DNA of 64,000 nt from the human T2T-CHM13v2.0 reference genome, Homo sapiens: assembly GCF_009914755.1 (NCBI RefSeq), contig NC_060944.1. One strand, written 5' to 3'. Position 1 is the stretch's first letter; every line of letters starts with the position of its first letter. Of the stretch, positions 41,503-55,915 are shown one piece after another. The notes under the pieces were generated by a model. The model had not been told where the DNA came from and did no database searches. It saw nothing but the letters and a program-made list of their open reading frames with translations. The translations under genes were made by a program, and so were the position numbers.

Positions 41503-42039
41503 TCTGCAGCTTTCTCAATACCAAGTGCAACTCTTTGCTCTAATGAAGTGGGTTGGCACCTGGCCCTGCTGGGTCATTCTCTGATTTTCTGTATGCCCCC
41601 TTGGGCTTGGACTCGTGGATATCACCTTCAGGTATTTAGTAGGCTTACTAATTTCCTTCCTAGTTTCAAGTATGGGCTTTTTCAAACGATGTCCATTGAG
41701 GAATTTCTCAGTCTGCCCTCATTCTCACCCATATCCTGAGCTATCTTTCTTGCTGCAAAGTATCAAAGCCTCAGTTTCTTTATAAAAACAAGCACATTCC
41801 TTATCTGTTGGCAGTTCTCACATGCTTAAAATAACCGTTTGCATTAGGTGGACACTGAAGAGAATGAGAATTCAACCCACATAATTTTTAATTTTCCACG
41901 TTTCACATCTCTCAAAGCACATCTTGTCTGAAGGACATATAAAGATATACTATGAAGGCACTGATGCAAAAAAAAGTGCAGAAGTTCCAAAAACATCAAA
42001 ATATAATATATAATCAGCTTATATTTTAGTATATTACAA

Positions 42040-42370
42040 GATGATTCTAATTCTCTGCCCCTTTCTGAATCCACTGTCTTTCCAATGTGACTTTGCCACT
42101 CTTCTTACCAAGAGATTTTCCCACCCAGTGACTCTGAACTGGCCTTGGAATTAGCTTTGGTGAATAGAATGAGCTAAAACTGGTGTTGCAGTTTTGAGGC
42201 TGGGCCTCCAGAGACTTTACTTTCATTTTTATTCTTCTATCCTGGCCACCACTAGCAGAACAAGCCTGAGCTAGCTTGCAAAAGGATGAGAGGCCCTTAG
42301 AAAGAGAGTTGAATTTTTCAGGACAAAACCATCCTAGAGCAGAGGCTTCAAACCAACCCACCAGTGGACC
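42040..42370 (+). mobile_element. Old MLT1-type LTR fragment
   Basis: caatgtgactttgccactctt...gaacaagcctgagctagcttgcaaaaggatgagag. Confidence 0.6.
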
Positions 42371-42576
42371 TTTCCCCTAACCGAATGACAGTTCTGCAGT
42401 AATTCTTTCGAAACCGAAGTCTCCTGTCTCATTTCCCTATTTTTTTTTCACTTCAGTATTTGGTCTAAACCTTTAAACTTCATGCTATAGTGTAAATGAT
42501 TAATAGACAAAGTATTTTTCTTATTAACAGAACTCTGCATTTTAACTGAGATGATAGATATTTTATCTTTAAACAG

Positions 42577-42959
42577 AATTAGTTTGTTAGGGTTGCCGTA
42601 ATAAAGTACCACAGACTAGGAGGCTTAAACAACAGAAATTCATTTTCTCACAGCCCTGGAGGCTGAGATCAAAGTGTCATGAAGGTTGGGTTTTTCTGAG
42701 GCTGCTCTCTTTGGCTCATTGATGGCCGTTTCCTCCCTGTGTCTTTACAGAGCCTTCCCTCTGTACATGCCTATGTCCAAATTTTCTCCTCTTATAAGTG
42801 CACCAGTCACACTGGATTAGAGTCCACCCTAATGATCTTATTTTTACTTAATTACCACTTTAAAGATCCTATTTCCAAATATGGTTACATTCTGAGGTAA
42901 TGAATGGGGATTAGGACTTCAACAAATGAATTTGGAGGGACAAAATTCAGACCGTAACA
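42577..42959 (-). mobile_element. MLT1A-type MaLR LTR
   Basis: attagtttgttagggttgccgtaataaagtaccacagact...aggacttcaacaaatgaatttggagggacaaaattcagaccgtaaca. Confidence 0.88.
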
Positions 42960-43247
42960 GTGACTTTTGGTAAATGCCATTCAGCAAAGAGTGGGGATGG
43001 AAGAAAGCTTCCAGAATGAGGTTGCTCTGCAACGCAAAAGGCCAGTGGATATGGAGAAAGGAGATAGGGCTAGAAACTTCAAACCAGTGAAGCAGCTAAT
43101 TTTCATTGAACACTTACAGTTGCTAGGCAGTGCACTGAGCAAATTACCATCATTTGTTCCTCATAGCAACCATATTAGACAGTTCCTATTATATTTACCA
43201 TCATAATTTTTTTCAGGTTATACAATGATATAAGCAGCAGAGCTGGC

Positions 43248-43544
43248 TGTTTTTTCTTTTCCTTTCTTTTTTTTTTTTTTTTTTTTTTTTTTTGAGACAG
43301 AGTCTCACTCTTTGTCACCCAGGCTGGAGTGCAATGGTGCGATCTTGGCTCACTGCGACCTCCACCACCCGGGTTCAGCCTCCTGAATAGCTGGGATTAC
43401 AGGCATCCACCACCACCCCTGGCTAATTTTTGTATTTTTAGTACTGATGGGGTTTCACCATGTTGGCCAAGCTGGTCTCAAACTCCCAAACTCAGGTGAT
43501 CCCAAAGTGCTGGGATTACAGGCATGAGCCACCACACCCCGCCC
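43248..43544 (-). mobile_element. AluS-type with two short internal deletions, inside a MIR (about 43090-43600)
   Basis: Long poly(T) followed by the Alu body; TSD agagctgg. Confidence 0.93.
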
Positions 43545-44106
43545 AGAGCTGGATTTTTAACCCACTGTATCTGACTTCTAAACCCACTTTCTTTCCTCTA
43601 GCAAATGCAAATAGAAATTGGGCCCCACGCAAATCTAAGTGATTGGCGGTTGCTTCAGGATCATAGCCAGGAGCAAAATGTGAGGACTAGCAGAACTCAG
43701 TAAATAGTAAGTGAAGTCAGATGGGATACATCATCAGAGTATAATTCCCAAAAACTTCAAAAGCACTACTTCCTCATAAATATGTAGGAAAGGTGTGTCA
43801 ATTTGTAGCAGAAACTCATTAATGGCAGAAAAAATGGGACAGTAAACCTGGTTCAAAGGAGGGTTAAATAGACTGAAGCACATATTATCAGTGAAAGAAT
43901 GTGGAAATAAGATTGTTAATTAGATAGAAAACTAGTTAATGTACTACGGGGAAATACAATTGTGGTCCTGTTTTATTGCCCTGTAGTACAGGACAGAAAT
44001 CATTCGCAATTTACCAGTCTTTGCAAAGTTAATCTTTAACTTTTTTTTATTACAGTCTGGGCCCTAATCAATAGGAAATAGTGAATCAAAAAAAGGTACA
44101 TTATGC

Positions 44107-44324
44107 CAGAGCTGTTTTATCCAATACAGTAGCCAAGTTGCATGTAGCTTTTTAAACTTCAAATTAAATTAATTAAACTCATGTACACTACAGTTTCAGT
44201 TTTTTAGCGAAACTAGCCATGTTTCAGGTGTTCAACAGACACATACGGCTGGTGGTCACCATATGGAACAGCTCCCATAGAGAACATGCCCATCATCACA
44301 GAGAGTTCCCTTGGGCCACACTGC
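44107..44324. mobile_element. MER3/MER33-type hAT MITE
   Basis: tccaatacagtagcc...actagccatgtttcaggtgttcaacagacacatacggctggtgg...ccatcatcacagagagttc. Confidence 0.75.
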
Positions 44325-44696
44325 CCTAGAGCATCAGATGAACCACAGGCAGGTTTATCAAAGAATATTGTAGCACGACATGAAAATGCAAAGTTTTGGA
44401 TAATTTTTCATAATAGCAAGAGCCATGAATTGTAGGAACTTGAGTTACACTTGGAGAGTCATGAAAACTGAGATGAGAGCTTGACTGTGCTGGCAGCCAG
44501 TATGCCAAAGGGCTTTTTTTCCTGAGATATTTGCATGGAACTTCTACCATGACCCATCCCAGTTTCAAAGCATTCTTACCACATGCGGCTGGGATGCTGT
44601 ATGTTCCCTAATACTGCCCACACGTGAGCCTTTTTCCCTATAAGTGGCATCTCAAGACAATGGTATTTAAATGTTCTTTTCTCCAAATTAAAATAA

Positions 44697-44900
44697 AATT
44701 TGAGACAGAGTCTCACTCAGGGTCTCTCTGCAGCATCAACCTCTCAAGCTCAAATGATCCTCCCACTTCAGCCTTCTGAGTAGCTGGGACTGTAGGTGTG
44801 TGCCACAACATGGCTATTTTTTTATTTTGTGTAGAGACAAGGTCTCACTATGTTGTCCAGGCTGGTTCTGAACACCTGGGCTCAAGCAATCTTCGTGCTT
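44697..44900 (-). mobile_element. AluJ-type, partial
   Basis: tgagacagagtctcactc...gctcaaatgatcctcccacttcagcc...ggtctcactatgttgtccaggctgg. Confidence 0.88.
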
Positions 44901-45377
44901 TGTTTAAATATTTTGTTGCCATATTCTAAAACTAATCTGGAAAAAGTATAGATCCTCTCACAACTTTTAAATTGAATTCAATGATGTAATAGCATTCTTA
45001 CATCATATTTTAAATATACCCAAAGGAATCTTAATACTAAATGACATTTTAAAATTTAGCATCATTCATCAAAAAGAACAAATTCTCCAATGACAGTCAG
45101 AAAATTTACATCATTTCTTTTATTACCTGAAATCAAATTTTTATTATGATTCCCCTACAGAGTTTTATCCTAATTTATTTTATATTTGAAAGTTGTTTTT
45201 AGTCATTCTACATTCTTCTAAGCACCAAAAATATATATAACAGATTGAAATTTTTTGTTGATGATCATAAAATTTGAAATATTTTAATATATATTGAAAT
45301 AAAATTGTAATTATTAGTAATTCACAATTGATAAAAGCATTATAAAGCTATTACAAATTTTGATAAATAAATATTAA

Positions 45378-45794
<417 letters not shown>

Positions 45795-45857
45795 ATAAAT
45801 ATTTATTTATTGCTAAAAGAACATAGGTCTGATCATGGACTCTATTTGTATTATCAT

Positions 45858-45858
45858 A

Positions 45859-45894
<36 letters not shown>
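45858..45894. repeat. (TG)n(TA)n microsatellite
   Basis: Seen directly in the sequence. Confidence 0.9.
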
Positions 45895-45950
45895 GTTACT
45901 GTGAAAGCTTGTTCTTATAAACAAGTACATAAGATTAAAAGGGATTTTAA

Positions 45951-46327
<377 letters not shown>

Positions 46328-46814
46328 ATACAACTCTTTTAATAATTCTATCAGCTATGAGCTTTATGAAGCCCTCCGTCAATTTTGCTGAAAGCTCATA
46401 AATGGAAATCCCCAGACTTGTAAAAGGATTTCTATCCCAATCTCTAGAATAGTTCAAGATCTCATTATCTGGGAGAAACAGCAAAAAGGTGAATCAACTA
46501 CTATTTACAAAGTTTATTACTCTTTTAACCAGAGATATACTCTGAAAAGCTTTGGAAAATCAAAATATTGCTTATTTCTGTACTTTGTATTGTACTTTGC
46601 AAAAAACATTTTATTAAATGCTTTTAAAATGTCTTAAGATATCACAGGCCTTCAATACATTTTTTTCATGAAAATCTCAGAGGTATAGATCAATGAGTTA
46701 AAAAGACCCCTGAATGACGTAATTGGCAAGGCTAGGCCTAATTTTAAAACCCATTAGCCAAACCCATCTTCTCTGTCAGCAAAAATGGGACATTATTTAT
46801 CAATACAAAAAGAT

Positions 46815-47108
<294 letters not shown>

Positions 47109-48129
47109 TCAATACAAACAGCTATGTTATGATACATATGAAAATATCTATCTTACAGAATGTATCTTGAGGGGCATATTACCAAACACATGAGGAAAAG
47201 AAATTATGATGTTATAAAATGAAAATGATAAATCAATATACTGTTTTCCATTACTGAATTTGTAATTTTTATTCAATGTAGCTAAAATTATGAATTATTT
47301 ATAAACAACAAAATATAACAGAAAACATGTTATTTCTTTGAAATACATACTTATTTACACATCTGGACTTGTGTGTATGTATGAGAGTATATTTGTGTTT
47401 GTGTGCGTGTTGTATTCTGGTGTTCTGTTTTTGAGATTAATGAAGTAAGACTTGTATTAAAAATTAGAAAGAATTTCTTAAATTTTATTAGATCCCATAA
47501 ATGAACTTTCTCTATATATTTACTTTACAAGAAAAGCATAAACTGCTAAAAAACAAATTGGTCTAACAGCAAGTATATAATTTAATTATTTTAATTGCGA
47601 GAAAAAAATGTGACATTTGTAAGAAGAAACCAGATAAGGTTACTGTAACAAGATAAATAGCTCATGATATTATTTGATAAAAAGGTTTTATTTCTCTTAT
47701 TTAATAACAACAAATGTGAAAGAAGTCTCACAAAATTTTACCTCTGATTTGTATCCAGAACAAACGCTAATCCTAGAAAACAGACCAGTTAAAGTGAAAT
47801 GCATTAGAATCCCCCATCTATCATTTTCATGCATTCAAAGGTCCTTTTCTTCCCTTTTCTAGGGATGAAGGTTGAGAGACCAAAACATTGCTTATATTTA
47901 AACACATGAAAGAAATTGATATTTTAGCTTTCAGTGTTTCTAGTGATCTCTTTGCTTTGTTCTCCTGGAATCTTCCTCAAGAGAGATTCCTCCTTTGATA
48001 GTATTCAGGAATTTAAGAGGTTAGGTTGCTCACTCCTACTTCCATACTCTACAAAACACCTGAATTAAATATTTAGGAATGAATGAAATACCACATGTCA
48101 AATTCTGGGGACCTAAAAGTAGAACATAG

Positions 48130-48720
48130 AAGAAAATGTGTAGTTTAAAACATGTATTAAGAAACCAAAAAAGAGTCAGAAAAAAAGTGAGCCAAGCATT
48201 CAAATAAAGAACATGGAAAAGAAGCAGGAAAGCACATCCAATAAGCAAGGACATAGAAATAAAGGTCATAGCAGAAATTTATGAAATTGTGAAAAATGGA
48301 AATAATGGCAAGTAGCAATAATTAAACTAGCTCTTTGAAATGCTTAATAAAAAGGACAGGTTTCTGGGGAGACTGAAGAGGAGAAGGGGAAATTTGCAAA
48401 TAAACAAATCCATAAACTAAAAAGGATAGACTACATATATATATCTGCAACAGAAATTTAAAATAAAAAAGAATACTGTAAATTACTGTCTCTAAATTTG
48501 AATATATAGATGGTGTGAAAAAATTCTTAGAAAAATGTAAACTGCCACAAATTAGAGAGAACTAAAATGGGCCAGTAAGAATTCAAGAAAAGGCCTCCTC
48601 TTCAGAAATGCCCCCAGATCCAACCGGTTTTATAAGTATGATCTCCCAAACATTTAAGAAAGGGTTAAGTCTATTGTTTACCACTTTCTCTAGAAACTAG
48701 CAAAAGAGAAAAGGCCATCT
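48130..48720 (+). mobile_element. Decayed L1 ORF2 fragment
   Basis: agcagaaatttatgaa...agctctttgaaa...aaattcttagaaaaatgtaaactgcc...ccccagatccaaccggtttt. Confidence 0.6.
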
Positions 48721-48879
48721 TTCTGTAATTGATCAAATAAAACAGAGTTTAAAACTGACTGCAACACTCAAAGGATGAAAAGAGGAGAGTGATGTGACCT
48801 GATTTGCAACAATTGAATTCTTGTAACTTAGAATGAAGTCACTTTTGCCACTGCTTAGGGCCTGGACTGGATGAAGTTT

Positions 48880-49380
48880 AAATTACAGGTAGGAGGAGGT
48901 CCAGTTATGGAGAATACCACAGTGGTCAGGGTGAGAGATGATAAGAACCTGAATTAAGAAAATAAATGTGGTGGTGGAAGAGATGGATTAGAGAGCTTTT
49001 GAGGAATTAGAATGGACAGGTCTTATAACTGATTATCCTTAAGAAGTGCTGGTGAGCAGCGGGGACTCTGAGGCCCAAGAGACCAAGGGAGTCACAGTTC
49101 CATTAGCCAGGGTTGGGGGAAGGGCAGGAACCAGAGGAGGGTCACCAATAGCCAAAGTTGGAGTTAGAGGAGGAGGATATTTGGTGATTTTGAGATGCCA
49201 TAAGCTCCCCCAGAAGCAGATGTAAACAGATAAATATAAGAAGTCAGATCATAGGAAGAAAATCTGGGCCAAAGATTTGGAAGTTTTCAGCATATGGAAG
49301 GTAATGGAAGACATGAGCATTGTTGAGATGCAACAGCCAAGACCGTGTGTAGAGAAAAAGGGGTAAGGAACAAATGGGGA
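48880..49380 (-). mobile_element. L2 relic
   Basis: ggtcagggtgagagatgataagaacctgaattaag...tttgagatgcc...tctgggccaaagatttggaag. Confidence 0.6.
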
Positions 49381-49384
49381 CATG

Positions 49385-49820
49385 AGCAGATATTTTTATT
49401 GCCCTTCAGATCTCCTCTGCTAGCAATTATACCCTCTACCTGAGGACTTTCTGTACTTGGAAGATGGTTGCCAATGCAGTGAACAGGCTGGAAATGCCAT
49501 AGAGTTAATGCCCCTAGGAAGAGCCCTCAGCTGGTGAAAGCTGGGAGTTGTTGGTAGATAGATCCCCCAGCCTCCTTCCTGCTTGCCTGGGACAGCCCTG
49601 AGCTATGTCCTACACTGTCTCACAGAGCCCCCAGTGGAAATGAGCTCCAGATGTCTACAAATGTACCTTTTATTGATAATGTATATTTTATCAGTGTTTC
49701 CCTTCCTTGTCTTACTTCTCCACTTCCATAACACTGTTTAGTGGAATTGCCCTCTGAAATAAATTACTACACTCAGATTCTTATCTCAGGGTCAGCTTGC
49801 GGGGAAACCCAAACTATCAG
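49385..49820 (+). mobile_element. LTR16-type ERVL solo LTR
   Basis: ggctggaaatgccatagagttaatgcccc...aataaattactacactcagattcttatctcagggtcagcttgcggggaaacccaaact. Confidence 0.8.
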
Positions 49821-49957
49821 AGTAAAAGAAGTGCCAAGAAGGAGGAACTTTGGAGAGAGGCTGTAGAGGAAACTAGGAGAGTCTGGAAGGCAAAAGAGTA
49901 AAGAATTTCAAAAGGGAAAGAACATAAGTGAGGCATTGAAATCATAACATGAGGCAT

Positions 49958-50145
49958 CGAAAGTAATGAAATTAATAGAGATAGAAAATAGAATGATAGT
50001 CCCCAGGGGCTGGGAGTAGGGGAAAATGAGGAGTGGTTTAATGGGTATAGAGTTTCAGTTATACAAGATCAAAAAGATGTAGAGATTAGGTGCACAATAT
50101 GAATGGACTGAAAACTCATGAGCAATACACTTAAAAATGGTTAAC
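49958..50145 (+). mobile_element. L1M 3' UTR fragment
   Basis: atagagatagaaaatagaatg...aatgggtatagagtttcagtt...tacacttaaaaatggttaa. Confidence 0.8.
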
Positions 50146-51134
50146 AAAAGGAGAAAGTTGAATGAAACAAAACTATTGGTAGTCTTAGATTGAGCCATGA
50201 CTGCAATCTACCAGTTTCTCAATCGCATGCTGATAATTTTCCAAAAGTTAGTGTCAATTGTTTGCTGTTACTTACTGTGTAAAAAATTATGACTATCACT
50301 TCAGTCATAAAGGAAAAGCTGGTTTCTGATTCCAACTAGTTATGCAACTTGGACAAGTTGCATCTTTTCCCTGGCTTAGAGCCTCCTTCCTTGTAAAGTG
50401 ACTGAAATAGACTTGGTGATACCTAGATCTTTGTCTCCTCTAACATTCCATAATTTTATGGCCTAAAGTATAATTATATTAAAATGACCATTTCACAGTA
50501 TGTCCTAGTTTTGCTCAAATATTCTTTCTATAATCATTTTCATGATTCTAATTCTGCATTTTTCCTATATAATGGAATTAACAGATAAGAAAGAACATAA
50601 AAAGAAGGCATAAACAGTGGCATCTTACAGGGTTTAATTCTTGACTTGGCACTATAGTTATGAGAATATGAACTGTACATAAGTTATTGAAGTTAAAGCC
50701 ATTCATTCACTCTTTAAAAATGGTTAAGATGATAAATTTTATGTTGTTTGCATTTTACCACAATCAAATATTTTAACAGTGGAAAAAAAAGAGAGGATAA
50801 CACATAGTGTCAAATGCTATGACAAAGTCTCTAAAGATAAGAAATGAGAGATTTATGGGCTTGGCAACACTGGGGTGCTGATGAACTTAGAAGAGAGATT
50901 TCATTGTAGCAAGAATGACACAAGCTGAACAGCAATTGTCTGAGCTGTAATTGGGCAGGATTAGCATGTAGGAATCTTTATATGAGGGGTAGGAGGAAAT
51001 CAGAGAGAACTGCTTCTTGAGTAGTCTTATACTCCTACGAGAAAACATTAAAAAAAGTTCCTGGATTAATAGATAACCTAGTTATGTTGATCTCTGTGGC
51101 ATTCCGTCATTTTTTCATCCATTCTATAGTCTAG

Positions 51135-51182
51135 TGAGAGAGAGAGAGAGAGAGAGAGCCAGCAAATGAGAGAGAGAGAGAC
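51135..51182. repeat. Interrupted (GA)n microsatellite
   Basis: Seen directly in the sequence. Confidence 0.9.
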
Positions 51183-52423
51183 AGCAAGAGAAAGATAATT
51201 GTGAGAAAAACCAGGCATGGCTCCTGCACCTAACTTCTCACCGTGTAGCAGTCCAGTGAGGAGAATGGAGGGTAAGCAAATGCTTGTAAAACCTAATAAT
51301 GAAAATGAATACTCATACAAATAGCACCTGTGGTTAATGCTCTGTGAAACAGAGAGAAATATGGTGCTATTAATCCATAGAATTGCAGCTGGACGTATCC
51401 AGGAAGACAACATCAAGTTTGATGGTGCAGGATGAGTAGAAGTTATCTGAAAAAGGGGAAAGTGGAGGAAGTGGATTAGAGACAGAGAGGAGAGCATGTC
51501 AAAGGGCCTGTGAGGGGAGGAAGTATGACAATTTGTGAGCCTGAAAGAAGACTCCAGTGACTGAAACAGAAAAAGCCCAGTTCAAGAGCTAGCAAGGTAC
51601 GTAGGGCCCCAAGGGTACAGGCTTTTTTGGCCATCTTACAGAGCACTGACTTCATCCTAAGAGCAGGAGGGTCTGGGAATCTTTTACTTGGGGTGGGGAT
51701 AGGTGAGTGTTAAGGTGGTAGTTGGGAGTGTGGATGGAGGATGGGCAATCATGGATGAGACAGGTCAGTTAGGAGGATCCAGCAGCAGACCTGGCATGAG
51801 ATAACAGTGGCCAGTACTAGGGTGGTGTCAGTAAAGATTTGAGAACATGGAAGGGTTCAAGACATATTTGGAGATGCGATATCATCAGGGTCTTGAGTTT
51901 CCTATGAAGAAGTGGACTTAAAGAGTCCCAACAGGATGAGGAGTAAATTAGGCAGAATCCAGAGGTCACCCAGACTAGAGTAACAGGTTCATCAGAACAT
52001 ATGTCATCACATATTGTGGTGTCAGGATGGGGAGGGGCTTAGGAGAGTTGCAGGTAGTTGAGTCAGTACAAGTATAGCCTCCAGGTAAACAAGGCTAATT
52101 AAGATCATCATGATTACAGGCATGGAGGGCTGCACTGTGGCAAGTCAAGGCCCATTTAGTATCAGATAGGTGGGAATTCTCAATGTTACAAAACTATTAG
52201 AGCCCTCAAAGGATTAGACATCAGAAAATCTACTATCTAGACCCATTTTCTACCTATTGCCCTTTGGCAGTCATCCATTCATTCATGTATTTGTCCATTA
52301 ATGTATCAGTTTATTCACTTATTCAACAAATATTTATTGAGTGCTAATATGTGAAGGCTATGTGTTAGACACTGAGGAGATGAGGAAAAAGACACACCAC
52401 TGCTGCTTTCATGAAAGTATGAC

Positions 52424-52638
52424 CAGTATGTGCTGGTAAAGGTTTAACATCTGCCTCTCCTCACTCACCTCTCCCAAAATCAAATAATTGCTTTGTAGTT
52501 CATTCCACTTTCAATGAAGTAAATATTCCCACTGTGTCTTATTTCAAGTTACCAACATGATGTCAACACTTCACAAAATTTCTGGAAATTTACCAGCTGG
52601 TCCTCAGGAGCTGCTACAAGCCAGCTCCAATGTCACTG
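52424..52638 (-). mobile_element. MER63-type hAT-Blackjack MITE
   Basis: cagtatgtgctggtaaaggtttaaca...atttcaagttaccaacatgatgtca...acaagccagctccaatgtcactg. Confidence 0.75.
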
Positions 52639-52797
52639 GACCTGACATTCTAGTAAGGAAAACAGGAAAAATCAATAACCAAATGGGGAAGTAAATATTA
52701 TGATAGATTATTATTTCATTATTGGCAGCTAGTGAAGGGTTCAAAGGGGTGCTCTGATAGCAAGCCATAAAGAGGGAGAAGTGTCTTTAGTTAGCCA

Positions 52798-52919
52798 GGG
52801 TAGTGAGGCAAGATCTCCTCAACGGAGACCATGCAAACTGAGACCTGAGTGAGAGAAAGGGTAATGAGGCAAGACCTCTTCAACTGAGACCATGCAAACT
52901 GAGACCTGAGTGAGAGAAA
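52798..52919. repeat. Tandem duplication, 61 bp x2
   Basis: gggtagtgaggcaagatctcc...gagagaaa repeated as gggtaatgaggcaagacctct...gagagaaa. Confidence 0.9.
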
Positions 52920-53089
52920 CCAAATGGCAGCATTCTAGGCTGACAGAATGCTCACCAAAGAAAATCTCTTAGAGTTTGGGGTATACGTTTCTCTCTGTTA
53001 CTTTTTCTGTGGGATTTTTTTCAGACTTTTGGAATTCCTTCACTGAAGTTCACATTCCCTTTCTCATTCTCTCCTGAACTTCTCTTTTT

Positions 53090-54050
53090 GTTACACCTTC
53101 CCATGCTGGTCTTGAACTTGACTATGTGATTTACTTTTGTCAATGGGACAATGGCAAGCAGAGACTTGCAAAAGCATTCAGTACATTTACACATTCACTC
53201 TTGGTCCTTTGCCTTCTCCACAAGAACACGTGTGCTAGCATGCTAAAGGATGAGAGACACGTGGAGCGGGCTGAGTTGGCTCAGTTAGGACAACCAAGGG
53301 ACAGACATGTGAGACAGTCCAACTAAGATCACCACAAGCACCTAACTGACCCACACCTGAACACAGACACACAAGTGAGCCTTGCTGAGCCTAGGCTGCA
53401 TCAGCAGAAACATCCGACCCACCTGTAGAGGTCTGACAAATCATAAATGATTGTTGTTTTAAGCCACTCAGTTCTGAGATGGTTGTTAAGTCATGTAGCA
53501 GAGGAAGAAAACATTTTTCTCACTTATCTTCGGTTCATGGCTAGGGCCCCTATAACAAAAGACAGATTAGCAAGAAAAGAAAACCATCAAATATAGGTTT
53601 TACGTAAGGAAATGAAGACCCAAAGAAACAGTTAAACAGTTAAACTTATATATTTTTATGCTGTTTGTTGAAGAATGGACAGTCATAGAGAAATATAGTA
53701 GACAACGGGGTATAATCTCATGGTATAAACTGGGGGGAAGCTAGCAAGCCCTGTTTGTTCACATTCTTCTCTGTGACCCTGCATCTTCAGAGATGAAGAT
53801 GTTTCTTTTACTTGAGTATGAGGATGGCGTCTCTCAAATGGGAGTCTTATGATCTGCTTCAAGGTAAGGTCAGATAATTCTTTCTAGATTTTATGACCTG
53901 CTTACGGAAAGAATGGTGGGGCGAAGGTGAGAGTGACTTTCTGGCTTCTGCCATTTTCTCAGATTTCTTCAGCTTTACAAATTCAGTATGCCAAGGTGCC
54001 TTATTTTGAGGTAGTATGTCTTGAACTCCATCAGTAGCAATAGCTAACAC
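53090..54050 (+). mobile_element. MLT1-type LTR (53090-53492 and 54033-54050) interrupted by a MER34-like LTR
   Basis: tgctagcatgctaaaggatgagagacacgtggagc...ttgttgttttaagccactcagttctgagatggttg | gtagcaatagctaac. Confidence 0.7.
53494..54032 (-). mobile_element. MER34-family ERV1 solo LTR
   Basis: ggttcatggctagggcccctataacaaaagacagatt...tatgccaaggtgccttattttgaggtagtatgtcttgaactccatca. Confidence 0.75.
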
Positions 54051-55569
54051 AAATGGCTTCCTGATGTATTTTTCCAAGCCTATGATACATAGAAAGTGGA
54101 CAACATATATACATATATCTATATGTATACAAGTATATATATACCCACATGCAATTTGGAGATTAAGAATCTGTAGAAAGAGGAGTACTTTTCTGCTAAG
54201 CTGACAATTATATAGAAGCTTTTAAATGTTTAAAGATCTAGTAAAATAGTACTTTTTAAATTTATAACTAAGAGTTCAGTGAACTAAATGTACAGTCTCA
54301 GGGCAAGACAGAAATGGGAATTGAACTGTGCAAACAGAGATTTGTCTTTCAGCCCCAGTTAGCTTTTAAAAATTCACTGGATGGTCTTATTTTTGTATTA
54401 AAATACATATTGGAATCAGACATATATGCCTTTTCTGGTTTCTCCATTTTATAAGAGAAATTTTATAAGATACTCCAGAAACTAACTTACTCTAATTTCA
54501 TCCAATTTCTAAAATCTGTGCTGTCTCTAGAAATATTTAGTTTCCATCTTCTTCCCCAGGAGTCTTTCTTCATTCCCTGTTCCACTAAGAAAATGACTGT
54601 GTGCTTCCTTTGTACACATGCACACTGTGTTAACTTACAAAGATTCCTTGGAAAACTAATCAATCAGAGATTTTAAAAGAAAGGAGTCATGCTAAATTTC
54701 CCTTGAACCTCAGCTTTTTATTTCTTTTAATTACTTAGATAAGGTCTGAGTATTGGGCAGAGGAAAAATTGTGACTTAAAAATAAGATGTAATACATTTG
54801 TAAATTTACATCACCAATCTTGACTCATTGATCTTTATGGTATTGTAGTGAGCTTTAGGCCTGAAATAAAACATGTAATCAAAAAATGTTTGTTGAGCAA
54901 CTGTCTTAAAATTAACATACTTAGAAAGTTATGTTAGTATTTTGGCATTGCCAGCATTAATGCTTAGGTTAACTACTTATCCCCAAAACAGCATTTAGAA
55001 TGTTCCTATAAGCCTGTGTGGTTTTGTTACATTTTATACCTAAAAATTCCACAGCAGTTCCAAGTGATGAACCAAAATAATTTTTGCCCTGGAAGTTAAA
55101 GGAGGTAAAATTTTTCTCATAATGCCAATCTATTGAATAAGCCCACATCATTCTTGTCATGCAAAAGAGAAATGCTTTGAAGACCAACTGCTGTTCATCT
55201 TTTCTTTTCCTTTATGTTAATGATTTCTACACAAACTAATTGCCTTAAAAGTTGCTGATCATGTTACCAGAACAATGATAAATTGCTAAAATAGTTACCA
55301 TTGAACCACAAGCACAGGTTTTGCATCTCTATTTTTGCAACTTGGAATTTAAAAATGCTTCTTGAAAAACTAAAGCAAATTAAAAAGCAAGGACTCCCGC
55401 TCAGTGCTAGATTAACTTCAAATAGATGCTTATCAATGAAGGCCATCACAGAATGAAAATTGTTTTTTAAACAATTCATAGAGATTTGGCATTTTTAAGT
55501 GCATCCTTATATACATATAAATTAGTATATGAAGATAACCTTTTAAGCATGCATGAAGCATTGCAATAC

Positions 55570-55915
55570 TAGTTAGTAATAAAGACAAACCAACTGATAT
55601 ATGGATGACTTTTATGGACAATGCAACAGGGACAGAAATGAACTGAAAAGAGTGTATGCTGCATGATTATACTCACGTAAAGTCTAGAGCATTAAATACT
55701 AATCTGTGATGATTGAATTCAGATAGTGAAGACTTCCAATGAAAGAAATTAGAAAAAGGCACAAGAAATTTTGGGTGGTGATGACAGTGTTCTATATGTT
55801 GTTTATGGTAATGGTTACACAGCCATATTCAATTACACAGTCAGAACTCATTGAACAGAACACTTAAAAACTGTATGTTTTATTTTATGTAAATTTTACT
55901 TTAATAAAAAAAATC
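55570..55915 (+). mobile_element. L1ME/MB-type 3' end
   Basis: ttttgggtggtgatgacagtgttctata...cagaactcattgaac...gtaaattttactttaataaaaa. Confidence 0.75.

Larger units (their letters stand above)
52270..52960 (-). mobile_element. L2 3' region split by MER63, with an internal 61 bp duplication
   Basis: attcacttattcaacaaatatttattgagtgc...; gaaagggtaatgaggcaagacctctt...gagacctgag. Confidence 0.7.
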
